DNA from: Gammaproteobacteria bacterium
GTDB lineage: Bacteria > Pseudomonadota > Gammaproteobacteria > Eutrophobiales > Eutrophobiaceae
Reading direction: 5' to 3'
DNA length: 64,000 nucleotides
Assembly: GCA_965238225.1 (NCBI GenBank)
Contig: OZ250183.1
Span: forward strand, 308,680 to 372,679
A model generated the notes under the pieces. It ran no database searches. It saw nothing but the letters and a program-made list of their open reading frames with translations, and was not told the origin of the DNA. The translations under genes and the position numbers were made by a program. Below, piece after piece: positions 32,644 through 43,608 of this stretch; position 1 is the stretch's first letter; each line of letters begins with the position of its first letter.

Positions 32644-33273
32644 TCATTTATTTTTTTGCAGTTTCTCGAAGCGTTCGATCTTTTCTGCATATTCTTTCTT
32701 TATCTCTTCTTGTTTCAGGCGTTTTTCTGCAATAAATTTATTATTATTTTTGATCTGTTTTTTTAATTTAACTATGTTATCGATCAAGTTTTTTTTTGCT
32801 TCTTCGTCCGCAGATTTTGCAGCAGCCATATATTTATCTAGGTTAATCTGGATTTTTTTATTGCGCATACTCACCAATGCGATCTCAGAATTAATCACAA
32901 CAATTTTTCCGTCACCTGCCATCTGAATATCATCTACATTGCTGTAGGTATCCAAGAGGATTTCATTTTTAATGGCTTCTTTTGCCTTTTTGGCAGCTTC
33001 TTCTGCCTTTTTAGCGGTCACCCGCTCTTGTTCTAGTATTTCTTCTTTGGTTAGTGCCCTTTCTTCTCTTCCTACTGTAATCCCTTGACTGTTGATTTTT
33101 TCATAACCTTGTTGTGAATACTCAGGAGGGACATTTTCACCGCATTCTCTGATGCCATCGTTATTTCTCCAGCATTTAATCCGTGCTTGGGCGGAGGTAG
33201 ATATTATGACCAGACTCGTGCATATCAGAGTCATGGTGATTGCGGTCAATAAAGATCGTTTTGAAATAGTCAT
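32644..33273 (-). CDS. DUF4124-like exported coiled-coil protein
   Basis: Signal peptide, then KCWRNNDGIRECGENVPPEY, then a Lys/Glu-rich coiled coil. Confidence 0.55.
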   Translation of the reverse strand: MTISKRSLLTAITMTLICTSLVIISTSAQARIKCWRNNDGIRECGENVPPEYSQQGYEKINSQGITVGREERALTKEEILEQERVTAKKAEEAAKKAKEAIKNEILLDTYSNVDDIQMAGDGKIVVINSEIALVSMRNKKIQINLDKYMAAAKSADEEAKKNLIDNIVKLKKQIKNNNKFIAEKRLKQEEIKKEYAEKIERFEKLQKNK

Positions 33274-33784
33274 ATCTGTACCTGCATTTTATCTCATAAT
33301 GTAACTAATTTTTCTATTAGTTATAAATGTAAGACATAAGATTACAGTGTCTTAACTTAATAATTCTCTTTGGGTATTTTAGTATAGCACCTTGTTATTA
33401 TATATAGAAATTTACCTATCTTTAAAACAAAGTATAGAGCATATTATCCAGAAAGATTATGCCCAAAATCTATATCTGCATCCATGCCTCGAAAGTTCAA
33501 CGGGCATCTCTGCCGCCATATCGGCACAGACCATACATTATCGCGTTTTTTTGCATACCTATAACACTGACATTAACTTGCCGCTGAGATTTTTCTTTAA
33601 AGGTATAATCGGATTTTGACATACAGTCTTCTAATTTGACACTTTAATAAAGTTATTTGTGGAATAAGCCGTTTGTGATGTCGCATAGTTCGCGGTATCT
33701 TGTCAAGATTTTTAGACATACTCAGTATTTTTCTAGATATTCGGTTATTGGCTGTGAACCTGAAAATAAATAAAGGTTTGATGA

Positions 33785-34552
33785 ATGAGAATAATGACAT
33801 TAAATGCCAACGGTATTCGTGCGGCACATAGGAAAGGATTTTTTGAGTGGATGTTAAGACAGGATGTTGATGTAGTTTGCATACAAGAAACCAAGGCACA
33901 GACGCATCAATTATCAGAAGAGATATTATTGCCTAATGGGTATGTCGGATTTTTCAGTGATGCTGAAAAAAAAGGCTATAGTGGCGTGGCTATTTATAGC
34001 AGGCATAAGCCTGATGAGATAAAGACAACATTAGGTTGGCATCATGCAGATGCGGAAGGCAGGTACATTCAAGCTGACTTTGGGAATTTGAGCATTATCT
34101 CTCTTTATTTACCTTCTGGATCTTCTAGCGCGGAAAGGCAAATTATTAAATTTGACTTCATGGAGAGACTTATGCCTGTTTTGGAAAAGTATAATAAACA
34201 GAGCAGAGATTACATTATCTGCGGTGATTGGAATATCGCCCATAAGGAAATTGATTTAAAAAACTGGAAAGGCAATAAGAAAAACTCTGGATTCCTACCT
34301 GAGGAACGCGCATGGATGGACACACTGTTTTATGTTGTCGGGATGGCGGATGCGTTTCGTGAGGTCAATCAGGAGGAAAATCAATATACATGGTGGTCAA
34401 ACAGAGGGCAGGCATGGGCTAAGAATGTGGGTTGGCGCATTGATTATCAGATAGTTTCCTCCAGCCTGACCGAAAAGATCGCATCTGCTGAAATATTTAA
34501 AGAAAACCGTTTTTCAGATCATGCACCACTTACCATGGTGTATGATATTTAA
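33785..34552 (+). CDS. xthA: exodeoxyribonuclease III
   Basis: TLNANGIRAA, CIQETK, FSDHAPL. Confidence 0.9.
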   Translation: MRIMTLNANGIRAAHRKGFFEWMLRQDVDVVCIQETKAQTHQLSEEILLPNGYVGFFSDAEKKGYSGVAIYSRHKPDEIKTTLGWHHADAEGRYIQADFGNLSIISLYLPSGSSSAERQIIKFDFMERLMPVLEKYNKQSRDYIICGDWNIAHKEIDLKNWKGNKKNSGFLPEERAWMDTLFYVVGMADAFREVNQEENQYTWWSNRGQAWAKNVGWRIDYQIVSSSLTEKIASAEIFKENRFSDHAPLTMVYDI

Positions 34553-34607
34553 GCCAATGCGGGATTAATATTTCGGGGAAAACAGCTGTAGTTATCCAAG
34601 ACCATGG

Positions 34608-35060
34608 CTATTCAGTATGAAACTGTTCCTGAAACGAAAGCTTGTAAGGTATTTTATTTCCTTCTGGGGTGATTTCGAGCTTGTATTTTAGTATCTCAGC
34701 ATTATCTACGAGTGTATCGGTAATATAATATATGGCACCCTTTTCTGAAATCTCACGAAAGCTTAACTCTCTAAGCTGCTGACTCAAATTTGTTGTTGTG
34801 CCTTTAATGGTTGCTCTCATTGGTGTATTTGAGCCATCTGCTGTTTTCTTGAGTATAGATACATTTAATAATGCGCGTTTTTTGCTACGTGGAATATTAT
34901 ATTGCCTAGCTATGGCAGCAGTTAAGCTGTCCGTTGTAAAGGCACTATAATGTATAGTGTAATCACCAAATACCTGTGCTTGTTCAGCCTGTGCCACTAG
35001 GGCAACAGCCAGTAAAAACAAACCTATAAAGATGAATTTGCTTGTTGCTTTGATTGCCAA
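34608..35060 (-). CDS. DUF4426-like periplasmic protein
   Basis: Signal peptide. FGDYTIHYSAFTTDSLTAAIARQYNIPRSKKRALLNVSI matches my memory of DUF4426. Confidence 0.55.
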   Translation of the reverse strand: MAIKATSKFIFIGLFLLAVALVAQAEQAQVFGDYTIHYSAFTTDSLTAAIARQYNIPRSKKRALLNVSILKKTADGSNTPMRATIKGTTTNLSQQLRELSFREISEKGAIYYITDTLVDNAEILKYKLEITPEGNKIPYKLSFQEQFHTE

Positions 35061-35532
35061 TTTTGATGCGTGTTCGTAAGTTATTGATTATATTCCGCCA
35101 TCGCCATAATAACATTAATTGCCTATGCCGAATCAACTCCACACTGCCTACACTAATAGCATATACGCCTTGTGTCAAAAATTCTGTGGCCTTTTAGGCC
35201 TTTTTGCTTGCGCTGTCGTTCGCTCTTGGCAATTTTTCGGGAAATAATTGCCCTAGGGAGTAATTGCCTGTGCCGCCGCAGAGATAAATTAATGCATGCA
35301 GTGAGCATTTTAGCAGCGAGTATTGAGGCGCGTTTGTCATAAAGAGTACAATTTTTTATAACACAGTGCAGTATATTTCACTTCACTATGGCCTAAATCA
35401 AAACCGTAAGTTGCAATTTTTGCCAAACATTAAAGAAAAACACACTGTGTTGGACGATATATTAATCATTACCGAATGAAAAAATAGCTTACAATCTCCA
35501 CCTTCACAAATAAAAACAACAACAGTATACAT

Positions 35533-36381
35533 ATGCCGCATATAAAAAAACATCGTTTCAATAAACATCAAAAATCTGGATCGTCAAAAAAGACTATGTC
35601 GGACAAAGCAGATATTAATGTTCTTTATGAGAAATCTGTTCAGTGTATTGAGTCAGAAATAGATTTTATTGATGAGACATTTCAAAAACTTCGTGGTCGT
35701 AAAGCAAGATTATTAAGGGAAGATTTTTGTGGTACCGCGAATACTTCATGCGAGTGGATACGGCGACGGAAAACAAACAAAGTCATCGCTGTTGACTTAA
35801 ACGCAGAAGTCCTTGAATGGAGCCGTAAACACAAGGTAGGAAAATTAACTGAGGAACAGGCAAAACGAGTAGCTTTAATAAACGATAATGTCATGACTGT
35901 TAAAACCGGCAAGGTCGATACTGCCTGTGCGATGAATTTTAGCTACTGGATCTTTGAAGATCGCCCTACCATGATTAAGTATTTTAAGGGAATATATAAC
36001 ACACTTATCGATGACGGGATTTTTTTTCTTGATGCCTTCGGTGGGTATGAGGCCTATCAAGAAATGAAGGAGCGCACAGATCATGATAAATTCACCTACA
36101 TCTGGGATCAGGCGAGCTATAATCCTATCACTGGTCATTGCCAATGTTATATACATTTCAAATTTAAGGATGGCTCTAAAATAAACAAAGCCTTCAGCTA
36201 TGAATGGCGCCTATGGAGTTTGCCAGAAATCACTGAAATGCTCACAGAAGCAGGTTTTAAGGCTACGGTTTACTGGGAAGGGACAGACGAAGATACTGGT
36301 GAAGGCGACGGCATTTTTATTCCGGCAACTGAAGGTGAAGCCGATGCTGGTTGGATTGCCTATATTGTTGCAGAAAAATAG
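35533..36381 (+). CDS. class I SAM-dependent methyltransferase
   Basis: LREDFCGTANTSCEW and FFLDAFGG segments. Family-level call only. Confidence 0.65.
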   Translation: MPHIKKHRFNKHQKSGSSKKTMSDKADINVLYEKSVQCIESEIDFIDETFQKLRGRKARLLREDFCGTANTSCEWIRRRKTNKVIAVDLNAEVLEWSRKHKVGKLTEEQAKRVALINDNVMTVKTGKVDTACAMNFSYWIFEDRPTMIKYFKGIYNTLIDDGIFFLDAFGGYEAYQEMKERTDHDKFTYIWDQASYNPITGHCQCYIHFKFKDGSKINKAFSYEWRLWSLPEITEMLTEAGFKATVYWEGTDEDTGEGDGIFIPATEGEADAGWIAYIVAEK

Positions 36382-36401
36382 CCATTCAACGTCCATTAAA
36401 A

Positions 36402-36425
36402 GCGCAGAAAATCTGGCGTTTTTTG
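36402..36425 (+). terminator. probable intrinsic terminator
   Basis: GCGCAG-aaaat-CTGGCG (one bulge) followed by TTTTTTG, 20 nt after the methyltransferase stop. Confidence 0.4.
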
Positions 36426-36461
36426 TAATTTTGTTATATATCCAAAAAACAAGAGCTCATC

Positions 36462-36875
36462 ATGAAAAAAATAATTCTTGCAGTCGTTTTATTAGTAACG
36501 CTAGCACTATTTTTTTCTCTGACTAATTTACAATTTAATCAAGACGCAATGCCCCCTAATATCAACAAGCCAGAATCATGGTATTCTGATAACTGGTGTA
36601 AATCTAATGGCGGAGAATCAGAGGTAGTACTTTCAGATGGAACACGTGCTGATTGTGTAACTGAAAACCAGGCTATAGAGTTTGATTTTACAAAAAAACC
36701 ATACGAATGCACAGGGCAAGCTCTTCATTACGCAAACAAAACTGGAAAAAATCCACTTTGTATCCTTATTCAAAGAGAAGGAACTAGTATGGAAAAAGTT
36801 TCTCGTGCTGTTCAGCGCGTTAGTGTGCCTGTAAAATGTATGTCTTCCTTAGGCGTAATTGTAAATTGCCCCTAA
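36462..36875 (+). CDS. hypothetical secreted six-cysteine protein
   Basis: N-terminal signal/anchor MKKIILAVVLLVTLALFF. No family recognised. Confidence 0.5.
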   Translation: MKKIILAVVLLVTLALFFSLTNLQFNQDAMPPNINKPESWYSDNWCKSNGGESEVVLSDGTRADCVTENQAIEFDFTKKPYECTGQALHYANKTGKNPLCILIQREGTSMEKVSRAVQRVSVPVKCMSSLGVIVNCP

Positions 36876-36933
36876 AACCAACATCCTTCACAATCACATA
36901 AAGACTTGGCAGTATCTCACAGCTGTTGCGCAC

Positions 36934-37776
36934 TCAAAGACGAGTATTTTGAATACTAGTCCACAAGGAAAATAACTCCCGCAATTTCTCTCCTGGATTT
37001 TCGGCGTTCATGAACGCTTCGCCGATAAGAAAACCATCAACACCGTGTTTGCACATGGTTTTAATATCATCAACGGTGTTAATACCGCTTTCAGTAATCA
37101 CTATGCGATCATGAAAAACATCAGGTAATAAATCGATGGTTGTTTCAATATCAGTTGTAAAGGTGTGTAAGTTGCGATTATTTATTCCGATTAAAGGTGT
37201 ACGTAACATTAAACCGCGTTCAAGTTCTTCACGGTTATGAATTTCGACAAGGACATCCAGCCCGATTTCAGTCGCAATGCCGGTGAGTTCTTGAATCTGT
37301 GTATCAGACAGGGCAGAGACGATAACAAGGATACAGTCAGCACCTAAAACTCTAGATTCGTAAATTTGATAAGGGTCAATCATAAAATCTTTTCGTAGTA
37401 CAGGCAATGTACAGGCAGCTCGAGCGCTTTGCATCGCTTCATCCGAACCTTGAAAAAAATCTAGGTCAGTAAGTACAGATAAACATGTCGCGCCTGCTTT
37501 CTCATAAGACTGTGCAATTAATTCAGGATCAAAATTTTTACAAATGACCCCTTTGCTTGGTGAGGCTTTTTTAATTTCTGCAATGATAGCTGCACGACCT
37601 TCACTAATTGATTGCTCAATTGCTATCTTGAAACCCCGTGTTGGCAGGCAATCACGAGCTCTGTGTTTTAATTCCTGCTCCGATTTTTTTAACTTGCGCT
37701 CACTAATTTCCTCAACTTTACGAGACAAGATTTTCTTCAGGATATCAGGTGTATTTTGCGCTGTGGTTTGCAACAT
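36934..37776 (-). CDS. trpC: indole-3-glycerol phosphate synthase
   Basis: IIAEIKKASPSKG, LRKDF, IGINNRNL. Confidence 0.95.
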   Translation of the reverse strand: MLQTTAQNTPDILKKILSRKVEEISERKLKKSEQELKHRARDCLPTRGFKIAIEQSISEGRAAIIAEIKKASPSKGVICKNFDPELIAQSYEKAGATCLSVLTDLDFFQGSDEAMQSARAACTLPVLRKDFMIDPYQIYESRVLGADCILVIVSALSDTQIQELTGIATEIGLDVLVEIHNREELERGLMLRTPLIGINNRNLHTFTTDIETTIDLLPDVFHDRIVITESGINTVDDIKTMCKHGVDGFLIGEAFMNAENPGEKLRELFSLWTSIQNTRL

Positions 37777-37807
37777 GACTAAACAATTAAATTGATATCA
37801 ATATTTT

Positions 37808-38824
37808 CTAGAAAGATTGTGTAAGCTTTATTAGTTCATTAAATTTAGATTTAGCCGATCCATTTTCAATCACACGTTTTGCAGATTCAATACCTGCCAT
37901 TAGAGTATCCTCGATACCCGCGGTATAAATGGCCGCACCTGCATTTAGTAACACAATATTTTGAGCGGGGCCAACTTGATTATCTAGAACCTCATGCATT
38001 ACTTTCAGACTGTCTGCGACATTTTTAACTACCAATGTGTTGATATGAGCACGGTCAATACCGAATTGTTCTGGTTCAATTTTATATGTTTTAATTTCGC
38101 CAGCTTTCAATTCGGCGATGTTGGTTGGCGCCGAAATACTGATTTCATCCATACCATCTTCTGAATGCACAACCATCACTTGTTCGCTGCCGAGATTTTT
38201 CAGAACATTCGCTAATGTTTCCAACAAATCATAACCAGATACACCTAGTAGCTGTCTTTTTGCAGCAGCAGGATTAGTGAGCGGGCCAAGCACATTGAAC
38301 ACGGTGCGTACGCCAAGTTCTTTGCGTGCGCCTATGGCATGTTTCATGGCATTGTGATGCATAGGCGCAAACATAAAACCGATGCCAGTTTTCTCAATAC
38401 ATTGCACTATCTGCTTCGGCGTAAGTTCAAGTTTTATGCCAGCAGCTTCTAATACATCGGCACTGCCAGATTTGCTAGAGACAGAACGGTTTCCATGTTT
38501 GGCTACGTGACCTCCTGCTGCGGCAAGGACAAAGGCAGCTGTGGTTGATATATTGAAAGTACTGAATCCATCACCGCCCGTGCCACAGGTATCAATCAAA
38601 TTATCATGATTGATATGTACACTACTAGCCAATTCTCGCATAACACGAGCGGCTGTAGTAATTTCATCAATCGTCTCACCTTTACTCCGTAGCCCAACTA
38701 GGAAGCCTGCTATCTGGGCATCAGTACATTCGCCAGCCATTATGTTATTCATGACGCTACGCATCTCATCATCACTGAGATTAGTTTTATTAATTACCGT
38801 CTGTATCGCCTTTTGAATATCCAC
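37808..38824 (-). CDS. trpD: anthranilate phosphoribosyltransferase
   Basis: DTCGTGGDG, KHGNRSVSSKSGSADVLEA. Confidence 0.95.
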   Translation of the reverse strand: MDIQKAIQTVINKTNLSDDEMRSVMNNIMAGECTDAQIAGFLVGLRSKGETIDEITTAARVMRELASSVHINHDNLIDTCGTGGDGFSTFNISTTAAFVLAAAGGHVAKHGNRSVSSKSGSADVLEAAGIKLELTPKQIVQCIEKTGIGFMFAPMHHNAMKHAIGARKELGVRTVFNVLGPLTNPAAAKRQLLGVSGYDLLETLANVLKNLGSEQVMVVHSEDGMDEISISAPTNIAELKAGEIKTYKIEPEQFGIDRAHINTLVVKNVADSLKVMHEVLDNQVGPAQNIVLLNAGAAIYTAGIEDTLMAGIESAKRVIENGSAKSKFNELIKLTQSF

Positions 38825-38858
38825 TTATAATGTCTATGGGTAAATATCTATGGGGAAG

Positions 38859-39455
38859 TTAACCATTATCAGTCTTTAGGAAATTCTTCAGTAATTCATG
38901 ACCATATGAGGTCAGAATTGACTCTGGATGAAACTGCACGCCTGAGATGCTATATTCTTTATGTCTTATACCCATGATTTCATCAACTCCACCTTGCTTA
39001 GTTTGAGTCCATGCCGTGACTCCAAAACAATCAGGCAAGGTTGTCTGTTCGATGACCAATGAGTGATAACGTGTTGCGGTGAATGGATTATCTAGGCCAG
39101 AAAACACATCACTATTATTATGATAAATCTTAGAGGTTTTTCCGTGCATAATTTCCTTCGCATGGATAATCTTTCCGCCAAAGGCCTGTCCAATACTCTG
39201 GTGACCAAGGCAAACACCAAACAAAGGTAATTTATTTTTGAAGTGTTTAATCAAATCGAGAGAGATGCCAGCTTTATTGGGTGTGCATGGGCCAGGTGAA
39301 ATAACGATGTGTTCGGGATTAAGCGCTTCAATTTCGGCAATGCTAATTTTATCATTGCGGTAGACGAGTATCTCCTCGCCCAGCTCGCCAAAATATTGAA
39401 CCAAGTTGTAGGTAAAAGAATCGTAGTTGTCTATCATCAATAACATAATGAACAC
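38859..39455 (-). CDS. trpG: anthranilate synthase component II (glutamine amidotransferase)
   Basis: [24 protein letters not shown]. The true start may be an internal Met a few codons in. Confidence 0.9.
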   Translation of the reverse strand: MFIMLLMIDNYDSFTYNLVQYFGELGEEILVYRNDKISIAEIEALNPEHIVISPGPCTPNKAGISLDLIKHFKNKLPLFGVCLGHQSIGQAFGGKIIHAKEIMHGKTSKIYHNNSDVFSGLDNPFTATRYHSLVIEQTTLPDCFGVTAWTQTKQGGVDEIMGIRHKEYSISGVQFHPESILTSYGHELLKNFLKTDNG

Positions 39456-39489
39456 ATCTTGTTTAATTAATCAGGTTAATTAAGCTATC

Positions 39490-40962
39490 TTAATTTAAAC
39501 CTTTTTCGGCCATAGTCACAGCTTTGAAAATGGCGCGGCCTTTATCCATTGTTTCATTCCATTCATTCTCAGACACGGAATCTGCAACGATGCCTGCACC
39601 AGCTTGAATGTACAATATATTATCCTTAATCACTGCCGTGCGTATAGCAATAGCGGTGTCCATGTCGCCATTCCATGACAGGTAACCAACGGCTCCGGCA
39701 TAAATACCACGTTTCACAGGCTCTAGTTCGTCTATGATCTCCATAGCTCTTATTTTAGGCGCTCCTGAAACTGTGCCAGCAGGGAAGGTTGCTCTGAAAA
39801 CATCAATGGCGGTATGTTCGCTTTTAAGTGTGCCAACTACATTAGAAACGATATGCATCACATGTGAATAGCGTTCAACAATCATTCTATCTGTGACCTT
39901 GACGCTGCCTACTTCAGCAACGTGTCCTGTGTCGTTACGGCCGAGGTCGATTAACATTAGATGTTCTGCCAATTCTTTTGGATCAGCAAGCAACTCTTGT
40001 TCCATTGCTAAATCTTCTTTGGTATCAGCGCCACGGCGACGAGTGCCTGCAATCGGGCGAACAGTAACTTCATTATCTTCCAGACGCACCAGCATTTCAG
40101 GTGAAGAGCCGATAATGTAAAAATCTTTTAAATTCAGATAAAACATATAAGGCGAAGGATTCAAACAACGCAAGGCACGATATAAATCAATCGGTTGTGC
40201 GTTAAATGGAATTGATAGTCGTTGTGAAAGCACCACCTGCATGGCATCGCCTTCGACAATATAGTCTTTAATACGGTTTACGCCTTGCTGAAATCCTTCT
40301 TGGGTGAATCCAGAAATAAAATCTTTTTCATCAACACTTCGCGCATTTTTATTTGGCGTATCGACCATGGTAATCGTTAACTTCTTGGCAAGCGCATCAA
40401 GTCTTCTCTCTGCGTTTTTATAAGCATCGCTTTGTTTCGGGTTTGCATGAACAATGATGTGCAGTTTGCCGCTTAGATTATCAAACACGATTAGCTCTTC
40501 TGAAACCATTAATAATATATCTGGGCACTGTAGTGGGTCATCTTTGTCGCCAATATCCAGACGTGTTTCAATATAGCGAACACAGCCATAACCAAAGTAA
40601 CCGACCATGCCACCAGAAAATCTTGAGATTCCTGTAATCTCAGGCACACGGAATTGTTGATGATAAGATTCCACTGCTTGCAATGGATCCTCGACGGTTT
40701 CTTGTTTGATTATTTTTCCGCCTTTTTCTATTGACAGTTGGTGACCAGATACACGGAAAATGGTGTCAGAACCCAGACCAATAATGGAATAACGACCCCA
40801 TTTTTCACCACCGTGAATAGATTCTAATAAGTAAGAATAAGGTTGGTCGGCTAGTTTTTTGTAGGCACTCAAGGGCGTGTCCATATCTGCAAGCACTTCT
40901 CGCATCAACGGAATCCGGTTGTAATTTTCTTGTGCAAGTTGTTTGAATTGTTCTGGTGTCAT
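39490..40962 (-). CDS. trpE: anthranilate synthase component I
   Basis: [35 protein letters not shown]. Confidence 0.95.
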   Translation of the reverse strand: MTPEQFKQLAQENYNRIPLMREVLADMDTPLSAYKKLADQPYSYLLESIHGGEKWGRYSIIGLGSDTIFRVSGHQLSIEKGGKIIKQETVEDPLQAVESYHQQFRVPEITGISRFSGGMVGYFGYGCVRYIETRLDIGDKDDPLQCPDILLMVSEELIVFDNLSGKLHIIVHANPKQSDAYKNAERRLDALAKKLTITMVDTPNKNARSVDEKDFISGFTQEGFQQGVNRIKDYIVEGDAMQVVLSQRLSIPFNAQPIDLYRALRCLNPSPYMFYLNLKDFYIIGSSPEMLVRLEDNEVTVRPIAGTRRRGADTKEDLAMEQELLADPKELAEHLMLIDLGRNDTGHVAEVGSVKVTDRMIVERYSHVMHIVSNVVGTLKSEHTAIDVFRATFPAGTVSGAPKIRAMEIIDELEPVKRGIYAGAVGYLSWNGDMDTAIAIRTAVIKDNILYIQAGAGIVADSVSENEWNETMDKGRAIFKAVTMAEKGLN

Positions 40963-40968
40963 CTTCAG

Positions 40969-41664
40969 CTACTTTTGATTAAAAAAAATATTTGTAAGCT
41001 CTGCCAGTGAATCGACCACATGGTCTGGACTAGCGAGGCGAATATCCTGACCGAGATTATACCCATAGCTGACACATAAAACTTGAAACCCAGCATTACG
41101 CGCCGCCATGATATCAGTGATTGAGTCACCCACCATTAAAGCCTGTGCGGGGCTAACGCCAAAATGTTGTGCTGTATGTAAAAGTGGCAGGGGGTCAGGC
41201 TTTTTCTTTGCTGTGGTATCGCCGCTTATAATAATCCCAAACACTCTGTAAATATCTAGGGTTTCAAGAATAATTTTTGTAAAACAGCCCGTTTTATTCG
41301 TGACAAGCCCAAGTTTAAAATTATTGCTGACGAGATAGTTAAGCCCCTCCCTGACACCAGCATAGAGCTTGCTACGCTTGCATGTATTTTCTTTGTAATA
41401 GTCTATGAATATGGGTAAAGCCTTCTTCAAAAGCGAAGCCTCTAGTTTTTTGGAGAAATTATTGGGCACAAAATTACTGCTTAGGCCGCGTTTGACCAAT
41501 TCTTCAATACCACTACCGACCCAGCCTCTAACGTTTGTTTCGCCTGCTTTTGGCAGGGAAAGCTCTTGTAACATTTTGTCCAGGCAATAAGCCAAGTCAG
41601 GCACGGTATCGACTAAAGTGCCATCTAGATCCAGCAATACCATTTTGGGATAATTTAAAGACAT
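40969..41664 (-). CDS. gph: phosphoglycolate phosphatase (HAD family)
   Basis: VLLDLDGTLVDT, MVGDSITD. Conserved position after rpe. Confidence 0.85.
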   Translation of the reverse strand: MSLNYPKMVLLDLDGTLVDTVPDLAYCLDKMLQELSLPKAGETNVRGWVGSGIEELVKRGLSSNFVPNNFSKKLEASLLKKALPIFIDYYKENTCKRSKLYAGVREGLNYLVSNNFKLGLVTNKTGCFTKIILETLDIYRVFGIIISGDTTAKKKPDPLPLLHTAQHFGVSPAQALMVGDSITDIMAARNAGFQVLCVSYGYNLGQDIRLASPDHVVDSLAELTNIFFNQK

Positions 41665-41683
41665 GAAACGTCACAAGTGGGAT

Positions 41684-42352
41684 TTATAAATTGCTCAACT
41701 CAGCACGCATAGCATTGATTGTTGTTTGGTAATCGTCACTGCCAAAGATAGCAGAACCTGCAACAAAGGTATCTGCGCCAGCTGCAGCAATTTCACGAAT
41801 ATTATCAATCTTGACACCACCATCGATTTCAAGACGGATGTCATGGCCGCTGTTATCAATGATTTGACGCGCCTTTTTTAGTTTATCCAAAACAGAAGGG
41901 ATAAATGACTGACCCCCAAAACCAGGGTTGACCGACATGAGTAACACCATATCCACACGGTTAATGATATCACTTAGGATATCCAGAGGTGTCTCAGGGT
42001 TAAACGCGATTCCTGATTTACAACCGTTTTCATGGATGAGTTGTAAGCTTTCATCCATACGCTTGCTGGCTTCTGGATGAAAAGTGATATAGCTTGCACC
42101 TGCTTTGGCAAAATCAGGAATTATTCGGTCAACTGGTTTCACCATTAAGTGAACATCCAGCGGTGCCTCGATGCCATAATCGCGTAAAGCCTTAACAATC
42201 ACTGAACCAAAAGTCAGATTAGGGACATAGTGATTATCCATTACATCAATATGGATAAAATCTGCGCCCGCAGCTAATACCTTGGCAGTGTCATCACCCA
42301 AACGCGCCATATCTGCTGATAATATTGAAGGGGCAATGATGTGGCCAGTCAT
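41684..42352 (-). CDS. rpe: ribulose-phosphate 3-epimerase
   Basis: [33 protein letters not shown]. Confidence 0.95.
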   Translation of the reverse strand: MTGHIIAPSILSADMARLGDDTAKVLAAGADFIHIDVMDNHYVPNLTFGSVIVKALRDYGIEAPLDVHLMVKPVDRIIPDFAKAGASYITFHPEASKRMDESLQLIHENGCKSGIAFNPETPLDILSDIINRVDMVLLMSVNPGFGGQSFIPSVLDKLKKARQIIDNSGHDIRLEIDGGVKIDNIREIAAAGADTFVAGSAIFGSDDYQTTINAMRAELSNL

Positions 42353-42448
42353 AAAATTTAGTTATAGCTTGAATTAATTAACTCTGTTGAAAACAGAGTG
42401 AAACTTTACCCTATTGTGGCAATGATAGCCACTCACGTTGCGGATTAA

Positions 42449-42468
42449 AATGTGAACCTAATGTGAAC
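42449..42468. promoter_or_regulatory. direct repeat AATGTGAAC x2 with 11-bp phasing
   Basis: aATGTGAACctaATGTGAACtt, in the divergent rpe / SPFH intergenic region. Confidence 0.3.
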
Positions 42469-42647
42469 TTGAGAAATATAAATTAAAGTATTATTAATAT
42501 TTGGTGCTTATTGGTAAGTCGTTAATTTTTATCGTTTTAGTTTATTATCATCAAATTTCTTCAATACAATGAAAAAAGTGTATGATTAATGCATATCGAA
42601 TTATAAAATAACATGATTAATTGATAGATAATTGAAGGAGAAAAATT

Positions 42648-43577
42648 ATGGAAGGATTTATATTTGTTTTGCTGGCGCTGGTCTTTGTTGGCTTTTTAAA
42701 AGCGGTCAATACAGTTACTCAAGGCTATGAATATACAGTCGAGCGTTTTGGGAAATATACAAGAACGTTGTCTCCGGGCTTGCATTTTATCGTACCTTTT
42801 CTCGATGCAATCGGCACCAAGATGAATATGATGGAGTCTGTGATGGAAGTGCCTTCTCAGGAAGTCATTACCAAAGACAATGCCATGATTCGGGTCGATG
42901 GTGTGGTTTTCTTCCAAGTTCTAAATGCAGCGCAGGCAGCTTATGAAGTAAATGATCTGACCAGAGCGATATTAAATTTAACCATGACCAATATTCGTAC
43001 AGTGATGGGTTCAATGGATCTGGATGAGTTATTGTCAAAAAGAGATACTATCAATGCGCAGTTACTTGCTGTTGTTGATGAAGCCACAGGACCTTGGGGC
43101 GTTAAGGTTACGCGTATTGAAATTAAAGATATTACACCGCCACAGGATCTGGTCGAATCTATGGCCAGACAAATGAAAGCAGAGCGAGACAAGCGTGCAA
43201 ATATTCTTGAGGCAGAAGGGTTTAAGCAAGCCGAAATTCTCAAAGCAGATGGCGAGAAAAGAGCCGCCATTCTTGAGGCAGAAGGTCGCAAGGAATCAGC
43301 TTTTCGTGATGCAGAAGCTAGAGAAAGAGAGGCACAAGCAGAAGCTAAGGCAACCAGAGATGTGTCTAATGCGATTGCATCAGGCAATATTCATGCGATT
43401 AACTATTTTGTTGCAAACAAGTATATTGAAGCATTAAAAGATATTGCAGTTGCACCGAATCAGAAAGTGATCTTAATGCCGTTGGAAGCCAGCAATGTAA
43501 TAGGCGCACTTGGAGGTATTAGCGAAATTGCCAAAGAAACATTTGGACGGGGATCATCTCCTACAAACAAAAATTAA
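42648..43577 (+). CDS. qmcA: SPFH/band 7 (stomatin-like) protein
   Basis: N-terminal TM helix, [17 protein letters not shown], Ala/Glu-rich coiled coil. Confidence 0.85.
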   Translation: MEGFIFVLLALVFVGFLKAVNTVTQGYEYTVERFGKYTRTLSPGLHFIVPFLDAIGTKMNMMESVMEVPSQEVITKDNAMIRVDGVVFFQVLNAAQAAYEVNDLTRAILNLTMTNIRTVMGSMDLDELLSKRDTINAQLLAVVDEATGPWGVKVTRIEIKDITPPQDLVESMARQMKAERDKRANILEAEGFKQAEILKADGEKRAAILEAEGRKESAFRDAEAREREAQAEAKATRDVSNAIASGNIHAINYFVANKYIEALKDIAVAPNQKVILMPLEASNVIGALGGISEIAKETFGRGSSPTNKN

Positions 43578-43608
43578 TGACGAGGTTGATTAGTAGAAGG
43601 TAATTTCT

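Noticed and set aside
33499-33621. A 41-codon minus-strand ORF (MSKSDYTFKEKSQRQ...) in the 510-nt DUF4124 / xthA spacer, and a search for a pyrE remnant there
   Set aside because: No recognisable family and only a weak SD. No PyrE-like translation in any frame, so the spacer is left unannotated.
33597-33899. A 100-aa minus-strand ORF overlapping the xthA start
   Set aside because: It overlaps the well-supported xthA N-terminus on the opposite strand. Its sequence is not protein-like.
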